DNA of 64,000 bases from Acidimicrobiia bacterium (GCA_032117595.1 JAULYZ010000087.1:665-64664), one strand, 5' to 3'; positions 25,319-35,643 are shown, numbered from the stretch's first letter. Notes: a model not told the origin generated them from the letters alone. A program made the numbers and translations.

Positions 25319-26347
25319 TCAGGGCCGTAGGCCAGGAATCACCTGTGTGGCGAATCGCTCGAGCGACGCCACGACCTCTGGGTACGGCAGCCCTCCTTGG
25401 TCGGTCTGGATCAGCAACAGGTCGACCCCACCAACTGCGTCCAGGCGTCTCTGCACCTCGGTGGTCACATCATCGACCGATCCGCAGACCGCCTGCGACT
25501 GGGGATGATCGAGTTCGGCGAGGTGCGGCGGCAGCGTGAGTCCGGGCCGTACGAGGTCGAACACCCACTGCAGGTACGAGCGCTGATGGATCGCCCAGCG
25601 GTCGCGCGCCTCGGCGGTGGTGCCGTCGCCCACGTACCCGTGAACATGCAATCCCACCCGAGCCTCGGAAGGATCCCGACCCGACGCTCTCCACGCTGCT
25701 CGATACCGCTCCACGAGCGCCGGCTGGCGCTCGACGCCGGTCGAGATCGTGGCCACCATCATTCCGCAGCCCAGTTCGACGGCGCGGTCGACGGACTCCT
25801 CCGAACTCGTCGAGATCCAGATCGGCGGGTGAGGCTGCTGTGCGGGCCGCGGATGCAGCGTGATGCCCGACAACGGCGGGCGGATCGAGCCCGTCCACGT
25901 GAGGTTCTCCTCGGTCCAGAGCCGCACCAGGAGTCTCACCGCCTCGTCGAGGAGAGCAGCAGACTGGGTGTGGTCCTGCCCGTACTGGTCGTAGAGACCG
26001 TTGAACACGCCGCGTCCACCTACCACCTCGACACGTCCGCCCGAGATCAAGTCGACGGTTGCGTAGTCCTCGGCGATGCGGACCGGGTCGTGGTTCGGCA
26101 ACAGCGCAACGGCCGTCGAGAGGCGGATCGAACTGGTGCGCTCCGCCACCGCCGCAAGGATCGGGGTGGGGGAGGAGAGTACGTACTCGCAGAAGTGGTG
26201 CTCGCCGACGTGGTACGCGTGATAACCGAGACGCTCGGCTGCAACGCCGAGCTCGACGAACTCGCGGAACCGCTCGCCGGTGCTCACGCGCTGCCCGGTC
26301 CTCGGATCGGGGAGGTGGTCGCCGAGTGTTGCGACGCCGACTCGCAT
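25319..26347 (-). CDS. LLM-class flavin-dependent oxidoreductase
   Basis: MRVGVATLGDH.., YHVGEHHF, GGRVEVVGGRG, RPAQQPHPPIWIS. AAGGGG SD 8 nt before ATG 26347. Confidence 0.8.
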   Translation of the reverse strand: MRVGVATLGDHLPDPRTGQRVSTGERFREFVELGVAAERLGYHAYHVGEHHFCEYVLSSPTPILAAVAERTSSIRLSTAVALLPNHDPVRIAEDYATVDLISGGRVEVVGGRGVFNGLYDQYGQDHTQSAALLDEAVRLLVRLWTEENLTWTGSIRPPLSGITLHPRPAQQPHPPIWISTSSEESVDRAVELGCGMMVATISTGVERQPALVERYRAAWRASGRDPSEARVGLHVHGYVGDGTTAEARDRWAIHQRSYLQWVFDLVRPGLTLPPHLAELDHPQSQAVCGSVDDVTTEVQRRLDAVGGVDLLLIQTDQGGLPYPEVVASLERFATQVIPGLRP

Positions 26348-26419
26348 GCTGTTCACCCCTTGTGCCTGGTCAGTTGCTTCTGGATGTTGGTCGCTGGGCG
26401 GGAGCTCACGCCGAGGGGT

Positions 26420-27322
26420 TCACGAATAGAGGTCGAAGAGCTCGCCGACCGCCTTTGCCTGGCCGCCCGAGACCGACGACATCACCGCCACGGGCGTGAC
26501 CCCAGCTGCGTACCACTCCTCGAGGCGCTCGCGAACCTTGCCGGCAGGGCCGAAGAGTGTGCAGTCATCGAGCCAGCGGTCGCTCATCGCCGCTTGGATT
26601 GCATCGCGGTCGCCTGACTTGATGGCGGCCTCTGCGGCGTTCATCTCGTCGGCGTACCCGACGGAGGCCCAGTAGTTGCGGTAGTTAGGCATCGAGACGT
26701 AGTTGATCATCGTCTTGCGGTTGACGGCCGCGGCTGCCGCAACGTCGTCGGAGATCACGGTCGGGATCATGCAATACAGGTCGAAGCCGTCGCGGCGCGC
26801 AGCACTGACCCGGTCGAGTTGCTTGGGGACGTCGCTGAGGGCGGCATTTGCCCAGATCGAGCCCTCAGCAATCTCGGTGGTGAGCTGCAGCATGCGGTCG
26901 CGCATCGCGGCGAGGTAGATCGGGGGCAGGGGGCCCGAGAATCGTTCGTTCGAGCGGAGACGCTCCACATAGTTGCGGGTGTCGCCCAACGGCGAGCCCA
27001 CGCTCACCCCGAGACGTTGGTTCATCGGGGCGTGGCTCACACCGAGGCCGAGGGCGAAGCGACCGCCGCTCACCTCGTGCAGGTGTGCTGCAGTGGCACC
27101 CACCTCGTGCGACGTTGCGTTGTAGATCGGTTGGATCGACGTGAAGAAACGAATCCGGTCCGTGCAGTGGGCGAGTGAGACACACAGGGCGAGGCTCCCG
27201 CCGAGCGACGGGCAGGCGATGGCCGGGTAGCCGCGCCGGTCGGCCTCCGCTGCGAGGTCCAGGATCGCTCGGCGCTTGGTCGGGGTGGCCACGAGGGACA
27301 GGGCGGGAAGACGAGGAGCCAT
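26420..27322 (-). CDS. LLM-class F420-dependent oxidoreductase
   Basis: GGRFALGLGVSH, PPIYLAAMRDRMLQLTTEIAEG. Leaderless-type TACGTT 6 nt upstream of the ATG. Confidence 0.75.
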   Translation of the reverse strand: MAPRLPALSLVATPTKRRAILDLAAEADRRGYPAIACPSLGGSLALCVSLAHCTDRIRFFTSIQPIYNATSHEVGATAAHLHEVSGGRFALGLGVSHAPMNQRLGVSVGSPLGDTRNYVERLRSNERFSGPLPPIYLAAMRDRMLQLTTEIAEGSIWANAALSDVPKQLDRVSAARRDGFDLYCMIPTVISDDVAAAAAVNRKTMINYVSMPNYRNYWASVGYADEMNAAEAAIKSGDRDAIQAAMSDRWLDDCTLFGPAGKVRERLEEWYAAGVTPVAVMSSVSGGQAKAVGELFDLYS

Positions 27323-27328
27323 GCCGTC

Positions 27329-27334
27329 AACGTA
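27329..27334 (-). promoter_or_regulatory. -10 hexamer TACGTT, leaderless-type, LLM gene 27322
   Basis: Minus strand TACGTT, 6 nt, ATG. Confidence 0.45.
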
Positions 27335-27340
27335 GACGGG

Positions 27341-27346
27341 TACGGT
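27341..27346 (+). promoter_or_regulatory. -10 hexamer TACGGT, leaderless-type, pimA
   Basis: TACGGT, 8 nt, ATG 27355. Confidence 0.4.
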
Positions 27347-27354
27347 ATGCAGCG

Positions 27355-28641
27355 ATGGATTCGGGCCGGACCCCCGTGGACGCGGTGAGCAGTCCGCCCC
27401 GACGCAGACTCAGGATCGGTGTTGTCTGCGCGTACAGCGTCGGGGTGCCGGGCGGCGTCCAGGGGCAGGTGATGGGACTCGCCCGTGTGCTTCGTCGAAT
27501 GGGACACGAGGTGCGAGTGCTGGCTCCGTGCGACGGCCCGCCCCCCGCAACCTTCGTCACCCCGCTCGGCAACAGCATCCCGACCGCCGCCAATGGGTCG
27601 GTCGCGCCGATCGCCCCTGACTTCTCCTGTGCGCTGCGCACCATCCGGGCGCTGCGCGACGAGGAGTTCGACGTGCTGCATCTGCACGAACCCCTCGCAC
27701 CGGGACCCACGATGACCACGTTGTTCCTCGACATCGCCCCGGTGGTGGCCACCTTCCATGCGGCGGGCGACAGCGCGTCGTACCGGATCTTCAACCCGAT
27801 CGTGCGGTCGCTTGCCTCGCACATCGACGCGCGAGTCGTGGTCAGCAAGGACGCCCTCGACCTCGCAGAGCGTTATCTGCCGGGCGACTACCAGACACTC
27901 TTCAACGGCGTCGAGGTGGAGCGCTACCGATCTGCGGAGCCGTTCAAGACCGAGCACCCCACCGTGTTCTTCTGCGGCCGTCACGAGGAACGCAAGGGCC
28001 TCGCGGTGCTGCTCGATGCACTCGGCACGCTCCCGCCGGAGGTTCGCTGTTGGGTTGCCTCGGAGGGGCCCGAGACTCCGGCGCTCCGGGCACGGTACGC
28101 AGGAGATCCGCGCATCGAGTGGCTCGGGCGCATCACCGATGAGGAGAAGATCGCTCGACTGAAGGGAGCGAGCGTGTTCTGTGCTCCGTCGCTCCATGGC
28201 GAGTCCTTCGGTGTCGTGCTCATCGAGGCAATGGCGGCCGGTACTCCAGTGGTTGCCTCATCGCTGCCCGGCTACCAGAACGTCGCAACACACGATGTCG
28301 ACGCGCTGCTCGTGCCGCCCGGTGATCCGGCTGCGCTCGGCTCGGCGCTTCGCACAGCGCTCTTCGAGCGAGCGACGGCGGAGCGCCTTCGTCAGGCCGG
28401 TGAGCGTCGTTCCGAGAACTTCTCGATGGAGGCCCTCGCGGCCGAGTACATCGAGATCTACGACCGAGTACTCACGTCTGACTGGCGCGCGACCCATCGC
28501 AGCGGCGATCAATCCGTTCGTCGTCGTGTGCGATCCGTCGTGCGTGCAGCCCGTTGGGTGACTCGCTGGCTGTTGGCACGGGTGGAACGCTGGTCGCCGG
28601 CCCGCATCTCACGCATCCCGGGAATGAAGGAGAACTCATGA
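27355..28641 (+). CDS. pimA: phosphatidylinositol alpha-mannosyltransferase (GT4)
   Basis: Close match in pattern to mycobacterial PimA as I recall it: RIGVVCAYSVGVPGGVQGQV, FDVLHLHEP, GRHEERKG, SLHGESFGVVLIEAMAAGTPVVAS. Carries an extra ~50-aa Arg/Trp-rich C-terminal tail. Confidence 0.9.
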   Translation: MDSGRTPVDAVSSPPRRRLRIGVVCAYSVGVPGGVQGQVMGLARVLRRMGHEVRVLAPCDGPPPATFVTPLGNSIPTAANGSVAPIAPDFSCALRTIRALRDEEFDVLHLHEPLAPGPTMTTLFLDIAPVVATFHAAGDSASYRIFNPIVRSLASHIDARVVVSKDALDLAERYLPGDYQTLFNGVEVERYRSAEPFKTEHPTVFFCGRHEERKGLAVLLDALGTLPPEVRCWVASEGPETPALRARYAGDPRIEWLGRITDEEKIARLKGASVFCAPSLHGESFGVVLIEAMAAGTPVVASSLPGYQNVATHDVDALLVPPGDPAALGSALRTALFERATAERLRQAGERRSENFSMEALAAEYIEIYDRVLTSDWRATHRSGDQSVRRRVRSVVRAARWVTRWLLARVERWSPARISRIPGMKENS

Positions 28642-29192
28642 TTGCGCTCATCATCATCCTTGTCGTGGTCGCCCTGCTCGTCGTCTGGGCGATCGTGGCC
28701 TACAACGGGCTCATCCGGCGCCGCAACCGGGTGGACAACGCGTGGTCCCAGATCGACGTGCAGTTGAAGCGACGTCTCGACCTCATCCCGAACCTCGTGG
28801 AGACGGTCAAGGGATACGCAGCCCACGAACGCGAGACGCTCGAGGCGGTCATCAACGCCCGCAATGTTGCACTTGCGGCGCCCTCGACGCCGGCTGCGCA
28901 GCAGGAGGCCGACAACGTGGTGAGCGCAGCGCTGCGCCAGCTCTTCGCCCTCCGTGAGGCCTATCCCGACCTCAAGGCGAATGCGAACTTCCTGTCGCTG
29001 CAGGAGGAGTTGACCGCAACCGAAGGGCGCGTGGCCTACGCGCGGCAGTTCTACAACGACTCCGTTCTCGACTACAACACTGCGATCGAGACGTTCCCCA
29101 CCGTGTTCTTTGCACGGTCGCTCAAGTTCACCAAGCGCGACTACTTCGAGGCCGAGCCAGAGGCGCAGCAGCCTCCGTCGGTGAGTTTCTGA
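28638..29192 (+). CDS. lemA: LemA family protein
   Basis: N-terminal TM, then YNGLIRRRNRVDNAWSQIDVQLKRRLDLIPNLVETVKGYAAHE..YNTAIETFP. GAAGGAG SD; ATGA overlap with the pimA stop. Confidence 0.9.
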   Translation: MIALIIILVVVALLVVWAIVAYNGLIRRRNRVDNAWSQIDVQLKRRLDLIPNLVETVKGYAAHERETLEAVINARNVALAAPSTPAAQQEADNVVSAALRQLFALREAYPDLKANANFLSLQEELTATEGRVAYARQFYNDSVLDYNTAIETFPTVFFARSLKFTKRDYFEAEPEAQQPPSVSF

Positions 29193-29193
29193 G

Positions 29194-30141
29194 GTGCCCG
29201 TGGCAGTACGTGAGACAGCCAAGCAAACGTCGTTGCCCGGCTCACCGGTCGCCGACGGCCGTCGTCGACTCGCCGTGCTGATCGTCGGGTTCGTGGTGGT
29301 CGTCGCGGGTCTCGGCACCCTGATCGGGGCCCTCGTTGGCCTGCTCGTGGTGGGTCTGGTGGTGGCTGGGCTGGTGGCCGTGCTCCTGGTGGTGGTGTCG
29401 TACCTCCGGGGTGATGCGATCGTGCTGCGGGTGAGTCGCGCAGTACCCGCCGATCCTGATCGTTACCAGCGGTTCCACAACCTCGCCGAGGGTCTCTGCG
29501 TCTCGAACGGTCTGCCAAAGCCACGTCTCTACGTGATCCACGACCCGGCCCCGAATGCCCTCGTCCTCGGACGGGACGCACGGCATGCCTCGATCGCCGT
29601 CACCACCGGTCTGCTCGACATGATGAACCGGGTCGAACTCGAGGGTGTGATGGCACACGAGCTCGCTCGAATCCGGGGCAACGAGCTCGGCGCCTCGACG
29701 CTCGTCGTCACCACCGTAGGGGCGTCTTCGCTGTTGGCTGAGCTGTGCTTCCGGCTCCGGTCGTGGAACGGTGGGCGTGCGTCGAGGCCGGGCGACGAGC
29801 CGGACCGGTCGAATCCGCTCGCCCTCGTCGGGTATCTCCTCCTCCCGCTGTCCGCGCTCACGTCACCGCTGACGCGACGGATCGTCGGGCCCTCCACCGC
29901 AGTGTCCAACGACCTAGCGGCGTGCCAGATCACCCGGTACCCACCGGGACTCCTCTCGGCTCTCGAGAAGTTGCGGGCAGAGAACACCGTCACCCACGCC
30001 TCGTGCGGTGTCACGGCCCACCTCTGGCTGGCCGAGCCATTTGCAGGGGCTGGCGACGGCGGATTTCTTTCCGGACTCCGCCGTCCCTTCGGCGCCCATC
30101 CTCCGCTCGACGACCGGATTGCTCTCCTGCGCGAGCTCTGA
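29194..30141 (+). CDS. M48 (HtpX-like) peptidase homolog with a degenerate active site
   Basis: M48 layout (TM region, [33 protein letters not shown]), but HEXXH reads HELAR (CGA codon), and I see no Glu in the region where the third zinc ligand is expected ([24 protein letters not shown]). Confidence 0.7.
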   Translation: MPVAVRETAKQTSLPGSPVADGRRRLAVLIVGFVVVVAGLGTLIGALVGLLVVGLVVAGLVAVLLVVVSYLRGDAIVLRVSRAVPADPDRYQRFHNLAEGLCVSNGLPKPRLYVIHDPAPNALVLGRDARHASIAVTTGLLDMMNRVELEGVMAHELARIRGNELGASTLVVTTVGASSLLAELCFRLRSWNGGRASRPGDEPDRSNPLALVGYLLLPLSALTSPLTRRIVGPSTAVSNDLAACQITRYPPGLLSALEKLRAENTVTHASCGVTAHLWLAEPFAGAGDGGFLSGLRRPFGAHPPLDDRIALLREL

Positions 30142-30193
30142 GTTCGTCGTCACACCGACGACAAACCCCTCTGGGGTCCCGACGGCGCGCCGC

Positions 30194-30199
30194 TACGCT
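30194..30199 (+). promoter_or_regulatory. -10 hexamer TACGCT, leaderless-type, pdxS
   Basis: TACGCT, 7 nt, ATG. Confidence 0.45.
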
Positions 30200-30206
30200 T
30201 GAGCCC

Positions 30207-31100
30207 ATGAGCGACAATCCCCAGCGCAGCACCGGGACATTTGGCGTCAAGCGAGGTCTCGCCGAAATGCTGAAGGGCGGCGTCATCATGGACGTGGTCA
30301 CGCCCGAGCACGCCAAGATCGCCGAGGACGCCGGCGCATGCGCGGTGATGGCGCTCGAGCGGGTACCCGCCGACATCCGCAAGGACGGTGGGGTAGCGCG
30401 GATGAGCGATCCCGAGATGATCGAGGGCATCCAGCAGGTGGTCTCGATCCCCGTCATGGCCAAGGCTCGCATCGGTCACTTCGTAGAGGCCCAGATCCTC
30501 GAGGCGCTCGGCGTCGACTTCATCGACGAGTCCGAGGTGCTCACCCCGGCCGACGAGGCTCACCACATCGACAAGTTTGCGTTCACCGTGCCGTTCGTGT
30601 GCGGAGCCACCAACCTTGGCGAGGCCCTCCGCCGGGTCAGCGAGGGCGCCGCGATGATTCGTTCCAAGGGCGAGGCCGGTACCGGCAATGTGGTGGAGGC
30701 AGTCCGTCACCTCCGTTCGATCCTCGGCGACATCCGCAAGATCACGCAGGCCGACTCGGCGGAATTGTTCGAGTGGGCGAAGCGACTGCAGGCGCCGCTC
30801 CCGCTCGTGCAGGAAATCGCTGAGACCGGTCGGTTCCCGGTGCCCATCTTCTGTGCAGGCGGTCTTGCGACGCCCGCCGATGCAGCGCTCGCGATGCAAC
30901 TCGGCGCCGAGGCGGTGTTCGTGGGATCCGGAATCTTCAAGAGCGGCGATCCGGAACGCCGGGCCAAGGCCATCGTCGAGGCCACCACGCACTTCCGCGA
31001 CCCGCACATTCTTGCCAAGGTCTCTCGTGGGCTCGGCGCCCCGATGACCGGCATCGGGATGGACGAGGTTGCCGTCAAGTACGCCGAGCGGGGCTGGTAG
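30207..31100 (+). CDS. pdxS: pyridoxal 5'-phosphate synthase lyase subunit
   Basis: [59 protein letters not shown]. Confidence 0.95.
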   Translation: MSDNPQRSTGTFGVKRGLAEMLKGGVIMDVVTPEHAKIAEDAGACAVMALERVPADIRKDGGVARMSDPEMIEGIQQVVSIPVMAKARIGHFVEAQILEALGVDFIDESEVLTPADEAHHIDKFAFTVPFVCGATNLGEALRRVSEGAAMIRSKGEAGTGNVVEAVRHLRSILGDIRKITQADSAELFEWAKRLQAPLPLVQEIAETGRFPVPIFCAGGLATPADAALAMQLGAEAVFVGSGIFKSGDPERRAKAIVEATTHFRDPHILAKVSRGLGAPMTGIGMDEVAVKYAERGW

Positions 31101-31131
31101 GCCAAGTCCATGTCTGCAGGAAGGCCCCCAG

Positions 31132-31713
31132 GTGGGCGCTCGGGTTGGGGTTCTGGCGCTGCAGGGCGCGTTCGGCGCGCATGCCAAGGTCCTACGGGCA
31201 CTCGGCGCTGACGTCGTCGAGGTGCGGGTGCCGGCCGATCTCGCCGGCATCGATGGCATCGTGCTTCCCGGTGGGGAGTCCACCACGATGTCGCGGCTGC
31301 TCGTGACCTCTGGGCTCTTCGATGCCCTGGCGCTGCGACTCGACGACGGGCTCGCTGCGTTCGGGACCTGCGCCGGCATGATCCTGCTCGCACGCAATGT
31401 GCTCGACGGCCGACCCGACCAGCGAAGTTTTGGGGCCGTTGATATCACCGTGCGGCGTAACGCCTACGGCCGACAGGTCGACAGTTTCGAGACCGAGCTG
31501 TCCGTCCGTGGTCTCGATGAACCGTTCCACGCGGTCTTCATCCGTGCTCCCATCATCACCGCCGTGGGCGACGGCGTGGAGGTGCTTGCGGAGCACGAGT
31601 CCCACGTCGTGGTAGCGCGCGCGGGGAGCGTCGTCGTGGCGTCGTTCCACCCCGAGCTCACCGGCGACGGTCGGCTCCACGCCTTGTTCCTCTCGACACT
31701 CCAGGGGGTTTGA
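31132..31713 (+). CDS. pdxT: pyridoxal 5'-phosphate synthase glutaminase subunit
   Basis: VGVLALQGAF, LPGGESTT, catalytic FGTCAGMILLA, SFHPELT. GTG start with AGGAAGG SD. Confidence 0.9.
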   Translation: MGARVGVLALQGAFGAHAKVLRALGADVVEVRVPADLAGIDGIVLPGGESTTMSRLLVTSGLFDALALRLDDGLAAFGTCAGMILLARNVLDGRPDQRSFGAVDITVRRNAYGRQVDSFETELSVRGLDEPFHAVFIRAPIITAVGDGVEVLAEHESHVVVARAGSVVVASFHPELTGDGRLHALFLSTLQGV

Positions 31714-31714
31714 G

Positions 31715-32464
<750 letters not shown>

Positions 32465-32537
32465 TTGATGCAGCCCCTGCGGGTAGTCTCCGGGTCGCTC
32501 GGTCTGTCGCCAGTCCACGTCGAGAAGGGGTGATCTG

Positions 32538-32996
32538 ATGTCTGTTGGTGTCGGTGATGCAGCACCTGACTTTGCGCTGAACGGTACGGGTGGGCGCTCG
32601 TACACGCTCTCGGAGTTCCGCGGCAAGCCCGTGGTTCTCGTGTTCTATCCCGGCGATGACACGCCGGTGTGTACCAAGCAGCTCAACTCCTACAACCACG
32701 ACCTCTCGGAGTTCGCGGGCCTCGACGCCGTGCTCCTCGCCATCAGCCCACAGGACGTGGCCAGCCACGAGCGATTCCGGGAGAAGCACGGATTCGAGTT
32801 CCCGCTGCTGGCCGATGAGGACAAGGCCGTCGGGTCTGCCTACGGCACGCTCGGGCCGATCGGGTTCTACCGGCGAAGTGTTTTTGTCGTCGATGGTGCC
32901 GGGGTGATCCGCTACGCCCACCGGGCTATTGCCGGGCTCACCTACCGTCCGGTGTCCGAACTCGTCGAGGCGATCCGCGTCGCTCAATCGGGCTGA
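32538..32996 (+). CDS. bcp: thioredoxin-dependent peroxiredoxin (Bcp type)
   Basis: APDFAL.., [17 protein letters not shown] peroxidatic Cys motif. Confidence 0.9.
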   Translation: MSVGVGDAAPDFALNGTGGRSYTLSEFRGKPVVLVFYPGDDTPVCTKQLNSYNHDLSEFAGLDAVLLAISPQDVASHERFREKHGFEFPLLADEDKAVGSAYGTLGPIGFYRRSVFVVDGAGVIRYAHRAIAGLTYRPVSELVEAIRVAQSG

Positions 32997-33008
32997 CCGG
33001 GGATTCCC

Positions 33009-33416
33009 ATGAACGACCTGGAGGAAGGCGTCGAGTTCCGTCTCGACTTCGACAAGCTCGGCAAGATCGGGCGTGCCGGGCAGGCGGTGGTTCCCGTGGT
33101 GCTGCAGGACGCCGAGTCCGGTGAGGTCCTGTTCATCGGGTACGCAAACGACGAGGCCCTGAGGGCAACGCTCGAGCGGCGCAGCGCCGTGCTGTGGTCC
33201 ACGTCGCGCAACGAGCTCTGGCACAAGGGTGCTACCTCGGGGGATGTGCTCGAACTCGTCGAGGTTCGGGTGAACTGCGAGCAGAACTCGCTGCTCTACA
33301 GGGTTCGTCGGGCTACGGGCGGTGCGTGCCACACCAAGGACGATTCGGGTGCTGCGCGGCCCGGCTGCTACTACCGCGTGGTGGAGAGCACCGACCGACT
33401 CCGGTTCGCCGACTGA
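33009..33416 (+). CDS. hisI: phosphoribosyl-AMP cyclohydrolase
   Basis: VPVVLQDAESGEVLFIGYANDEAL, LWSTSRNELWHKGATSGDVLELVEVRVNCEQNSLLY. Confidence 0.85.
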   Translation: MNDLEEGVEFRLDFDKLGKIGRAGQAVVPVVLQDAESGEVLFIGYANDEALRATLERRSAVLWSTSRNELWHKGATSGDVLELVEVRVNCEQNSLLYRVRRATGGACHTKDDSGAARPGCYYRVVESTDRLRFAD

Positions 33417-33486
33417 CTGCCCGCCCACCGGTCTTCCCGCAATCACCTGGTGCCGTCTGATCCACCACGCCACCGGCCCGCGCCGG

Positions 33487-33492
33487 TAAGAT
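33487..33492 (+). promoter_or_regulatory. -10 hexamer TAAGAT, leaderless-type, ruvC
   Basis: TAAGAT, 7 nt, GTG. Confidence 0.45.
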
Positions 33493-33499
33493 CGAACTT

Positions 33500-34003
33500 G
33501 TGTTCGTCCTCGGGATCGACCCCGGCCTCACGAGGTGCGGGTATGCGTGCCTCGAACCCCTTGGTTCCGGGTCCGCCCGCGCCGTGGCGCTCGGGGTGAT
33601 TCGGACCCCACCCGCCGACGACCTCCCGGAGCGGCTTTTTGTGCTGCGTAACGAACTCCGGGCGCTGATCGCCGAGTACCGACCGGCCGCCGTGGCGGTG
33701 GAACGGGTGTTTTTCCAGCAGAACGTCCGCACCGCCATGAGCGTCGGACAGGCGAGTGGGCTTGCCCTCGTGGAGGCCGTTGCTGCGGGCTGCGACGTTG
33801 CGCAGTACTCGCCCAATCAGGTGAAGGACGCAATTGCCGGGTGGGGTGCTGCGCCCAAGGAACAGATCCAGCGCATGGTGCAGATGCGTCTCGGCCTGAG
33901 TGCGCCGCCCAAGCCGGCCGATGCCGCGGATGCTGCTGCCCTCGCCCTGTGCCACCTCGCCATGGCACCGCTCACGAGGCGGATCGCGGGGGCGAGGCCG
34001 TGA
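33500..34003 (+). CDS. ruvC: crossover junction endodeoxyribonuclease
   Basis: VLGIDPGLTRCGY, AVERVFFQQN, DAADAAALALCH. GTG start. Confidence 0.95.
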   Translation: MFVLGIDPGLTRCGYACLEPLGSGSARAVALGVIRTPPADDLPERLFVLRNELRALIAEYRPAAVAVERVFFQQNVRTAMSVGQASGLALVEAVAAGCDVAQYSPNQVKDAIAGWGAAPKEQIQRMVQMRLGLSAPPKPADAADAAALALCHLAMAPLTRRIAGARP

Positions 34004-34599
34004 TCGGCTCCCTGCGCGGGACCGTCCTCGAGCGCACGGGCGACGGTGAGGTACTCCTCGAGGTGAGCGGGGTGGGGTACCGGATCATCGTCTGTCCCCG
34101 GACTCTCGCCGAGCTCGAACCCACGTCCCACGCCTTTCTCTACGTCCACCACCATGTTCGTGAGGATGCGCAGTTGCTGTACGGGTTCGCCTCCCGTGAT
34201 GAACGCGCCACGTTCGAGATGCTCCTGCGGGCGAATGGCGTGGGCCCGGCCCTCGCCATGGCGATCCTGTCCACCCACTCGCCATCGGTATTGCGCGACA
34301 TCGTGGCGGCTGCCGATCTTGCATCGCTGTGCCTCGTGTCCGGGGTCGGGAAGAAGACCGCCGAACGACTGATCATCGAACTGCGCAACCGCCTGTCCGT
34401 GCCCGATGGGGTGGGTGCATCGGTGGTGGGCGAGATCTCCCCGGCTGCGAGCGCGGCGGTCGATGTGCGTGAGGCACTGGCGCAACTCGGGTACTCCACC
34501 GAGGAGATCCGTGAGGTGATGCGCGATCTTGCTCCGGCCGGCGACGCATCGTCGATGCTGCGCGACGCGCTGAAACTGTTGGGGGCCCGACGTGCGTGA
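34000..34599 (+). CDS. ruvA: Holliday junction branch migration complex subunit RuvA
   Basis: [15 protein letters not shown], helix-hairpin-helix [18 protein letters not shown] overlap with ruvC. Confidence 0.95.
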   Translation: MIGSLRGTVLERTGDGEVLLEVSGVGYRIIVCPRTLAELEPTSHAFLYVHHHVREDAQLLYGFASRDERATFEMLLRANGVGPALAMAILSTHSPSVLRDIVAAADLASLCLVSGVGKKTAERLIIELRNRLSVPDGVGASVVGEISPAASAAVDVREALAQLGYSTEEIREVMRDLAPAGDASSMLRDALKLLGARRA

Positions 34600-35623
34600 T
34601 GAGTTACTCCAGCCCGACCCCGGCGACGACGAGGTCGCCGTCGAGGAGGGGCTGCGTCCGCGGGTGCTGGCCGACTTTGTCGGCCAGCGGGTGCTCAAGG
34701 AGCACCTCTCCATCGTGCTCGAGGCAGCTCGACGCCGCGGGCAGCCCGCCGATCACCTGCTCTTTGCCGGCCCGCCCGGGCTCGGCAAGACCAGCCTCGC
34801 CGCCATCGTCGCAGCCGAGATGGATGTTCAGTTGCACGTGACGTCGGGCCCTGCGCTCGAACGTGCCGGTGACCTCGCTGCGATCCTCACGAAACTCAAC
34901 GAGGGCGACGTGCTGTTCATCGACGAGATCCATCGTCTCTCGAGGACCGTGGAGGAGATCCTGTATCCCGCGATGGAGGATTTCCAGCTCGACATCGTGG
35001 TCGGGAAGGGCCCTGCCGCATCCTCGATCCGCCTCACGCTGCCACGCTTCACGCTCGTCGGAGCCACCACCCGGACCGGCATGATCACCGGCCCATTGCG
35101 CGACCGCTTCGGCCTGGTTGCCCGTCTCGACTACTACGACGCCGACGAACTCGAGTCAATCGTCACCCGCGCCGCACGGATCCTCGGTGTGCAGATCGAC
35201 CAGCGCGGCTCGTCCGAGATTGCGTCACGCAGTCGGGGCACTCCCCGGATAGCGAACCGTCTCCTGCGTCGTGTGCGGGACTTCGCCGAGGTGCGGGCAG
35301 ACGGCGCGATCACCCAATCCGTTGCCCACGACTCCCTGATGCTGTTCGGCGTCGACGAGCGAGGTCTCGACAAGGTCGACCGGGCCATTCTCCGCTCGCT
35401 CTGCGAACAATTCGCCGGCGGACCGGTGGGACTCTCGACCCTCGCCATCAGCGTGGGGGAGCAGCCCGAGACGCTCGAGGACGTGTACGAACCGTTCCTC
35501 ATCCAGCAGGGCTTGTTGGCGCGCACACCCAGAGGACGGATCGCGATGCCTGCGGCATGGGCGCACCTAGGCCTGGCTGCGCCCTCGGTCGATCGGGGAT
35601 CGGCACCGAACCTCTTCGAATGA
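34592..35623 (+). CDS. ruvB: Holliday junction DNA helicase RuvB
   Basis: Walker [12 protein letters not shown], Walker [25 protein letters not shown]. Confidence 0.95.
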   Translation: MRDELLQPDPGDDEVAVEEGLRPRVLADFVGQRVLKEHLSIVLEAARRRGQPADHLLFAGPPGLGKTSLAAIVAAEMDVQLHVTSGPALERAGDLAAILTKLNEGDVLFIDEIHRLSRTVEEILYPAMEDFQLDIVVGKGPAASSIRLTLPRFTLVGATTRTGMITGPLRDRFGLVARLDYYDADELESIVTRAARILGVQIDQRGSSEIASRSRGTPRIANRLLRRVRDFAEVRADGAITQSVAHDSLMLFGVDERGLDKVDRAILRSLCEQFAGGPVGLSTLAISVGEQPETLEDVYEPFLIQQGLLARTPRGRIAMPAAWAHLGLAAPSVDRGSAPNLFE

Positions 35624-35637
35624 GGAGGTCGAGTCCG

Positions 35638-35643
35638 TACCCT
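35638..35643 (+). promoter_or_regulatory. -10 hexamer TACCCT, possibly leaderless, queA
   Basis: TACCCT, 9 nt, GTG. The spacing is looser than in the others. Confidence 0.3.

Noticed and set aside
20287-27322. The possibility that the patA-pimA insertion is a mobile genetic element or genomic island.
   Set aside because: I could see no integrase, transposase, tRNA target, flanking direct repeats or obvious compositional shift. The first gene is overlap-coupled to patA. I treat it as a chromosomal rearrangement or insertion of unknown origin.
30142-30180. Short hairpins after the M48-like gene (GTCGTC-ACACC-GACGAC and CCCC-TCT-GGGG) considered as a terminator.
   Set aside because: The stems are only 4-6 bp and there is no U-tract, which is too weak to call.
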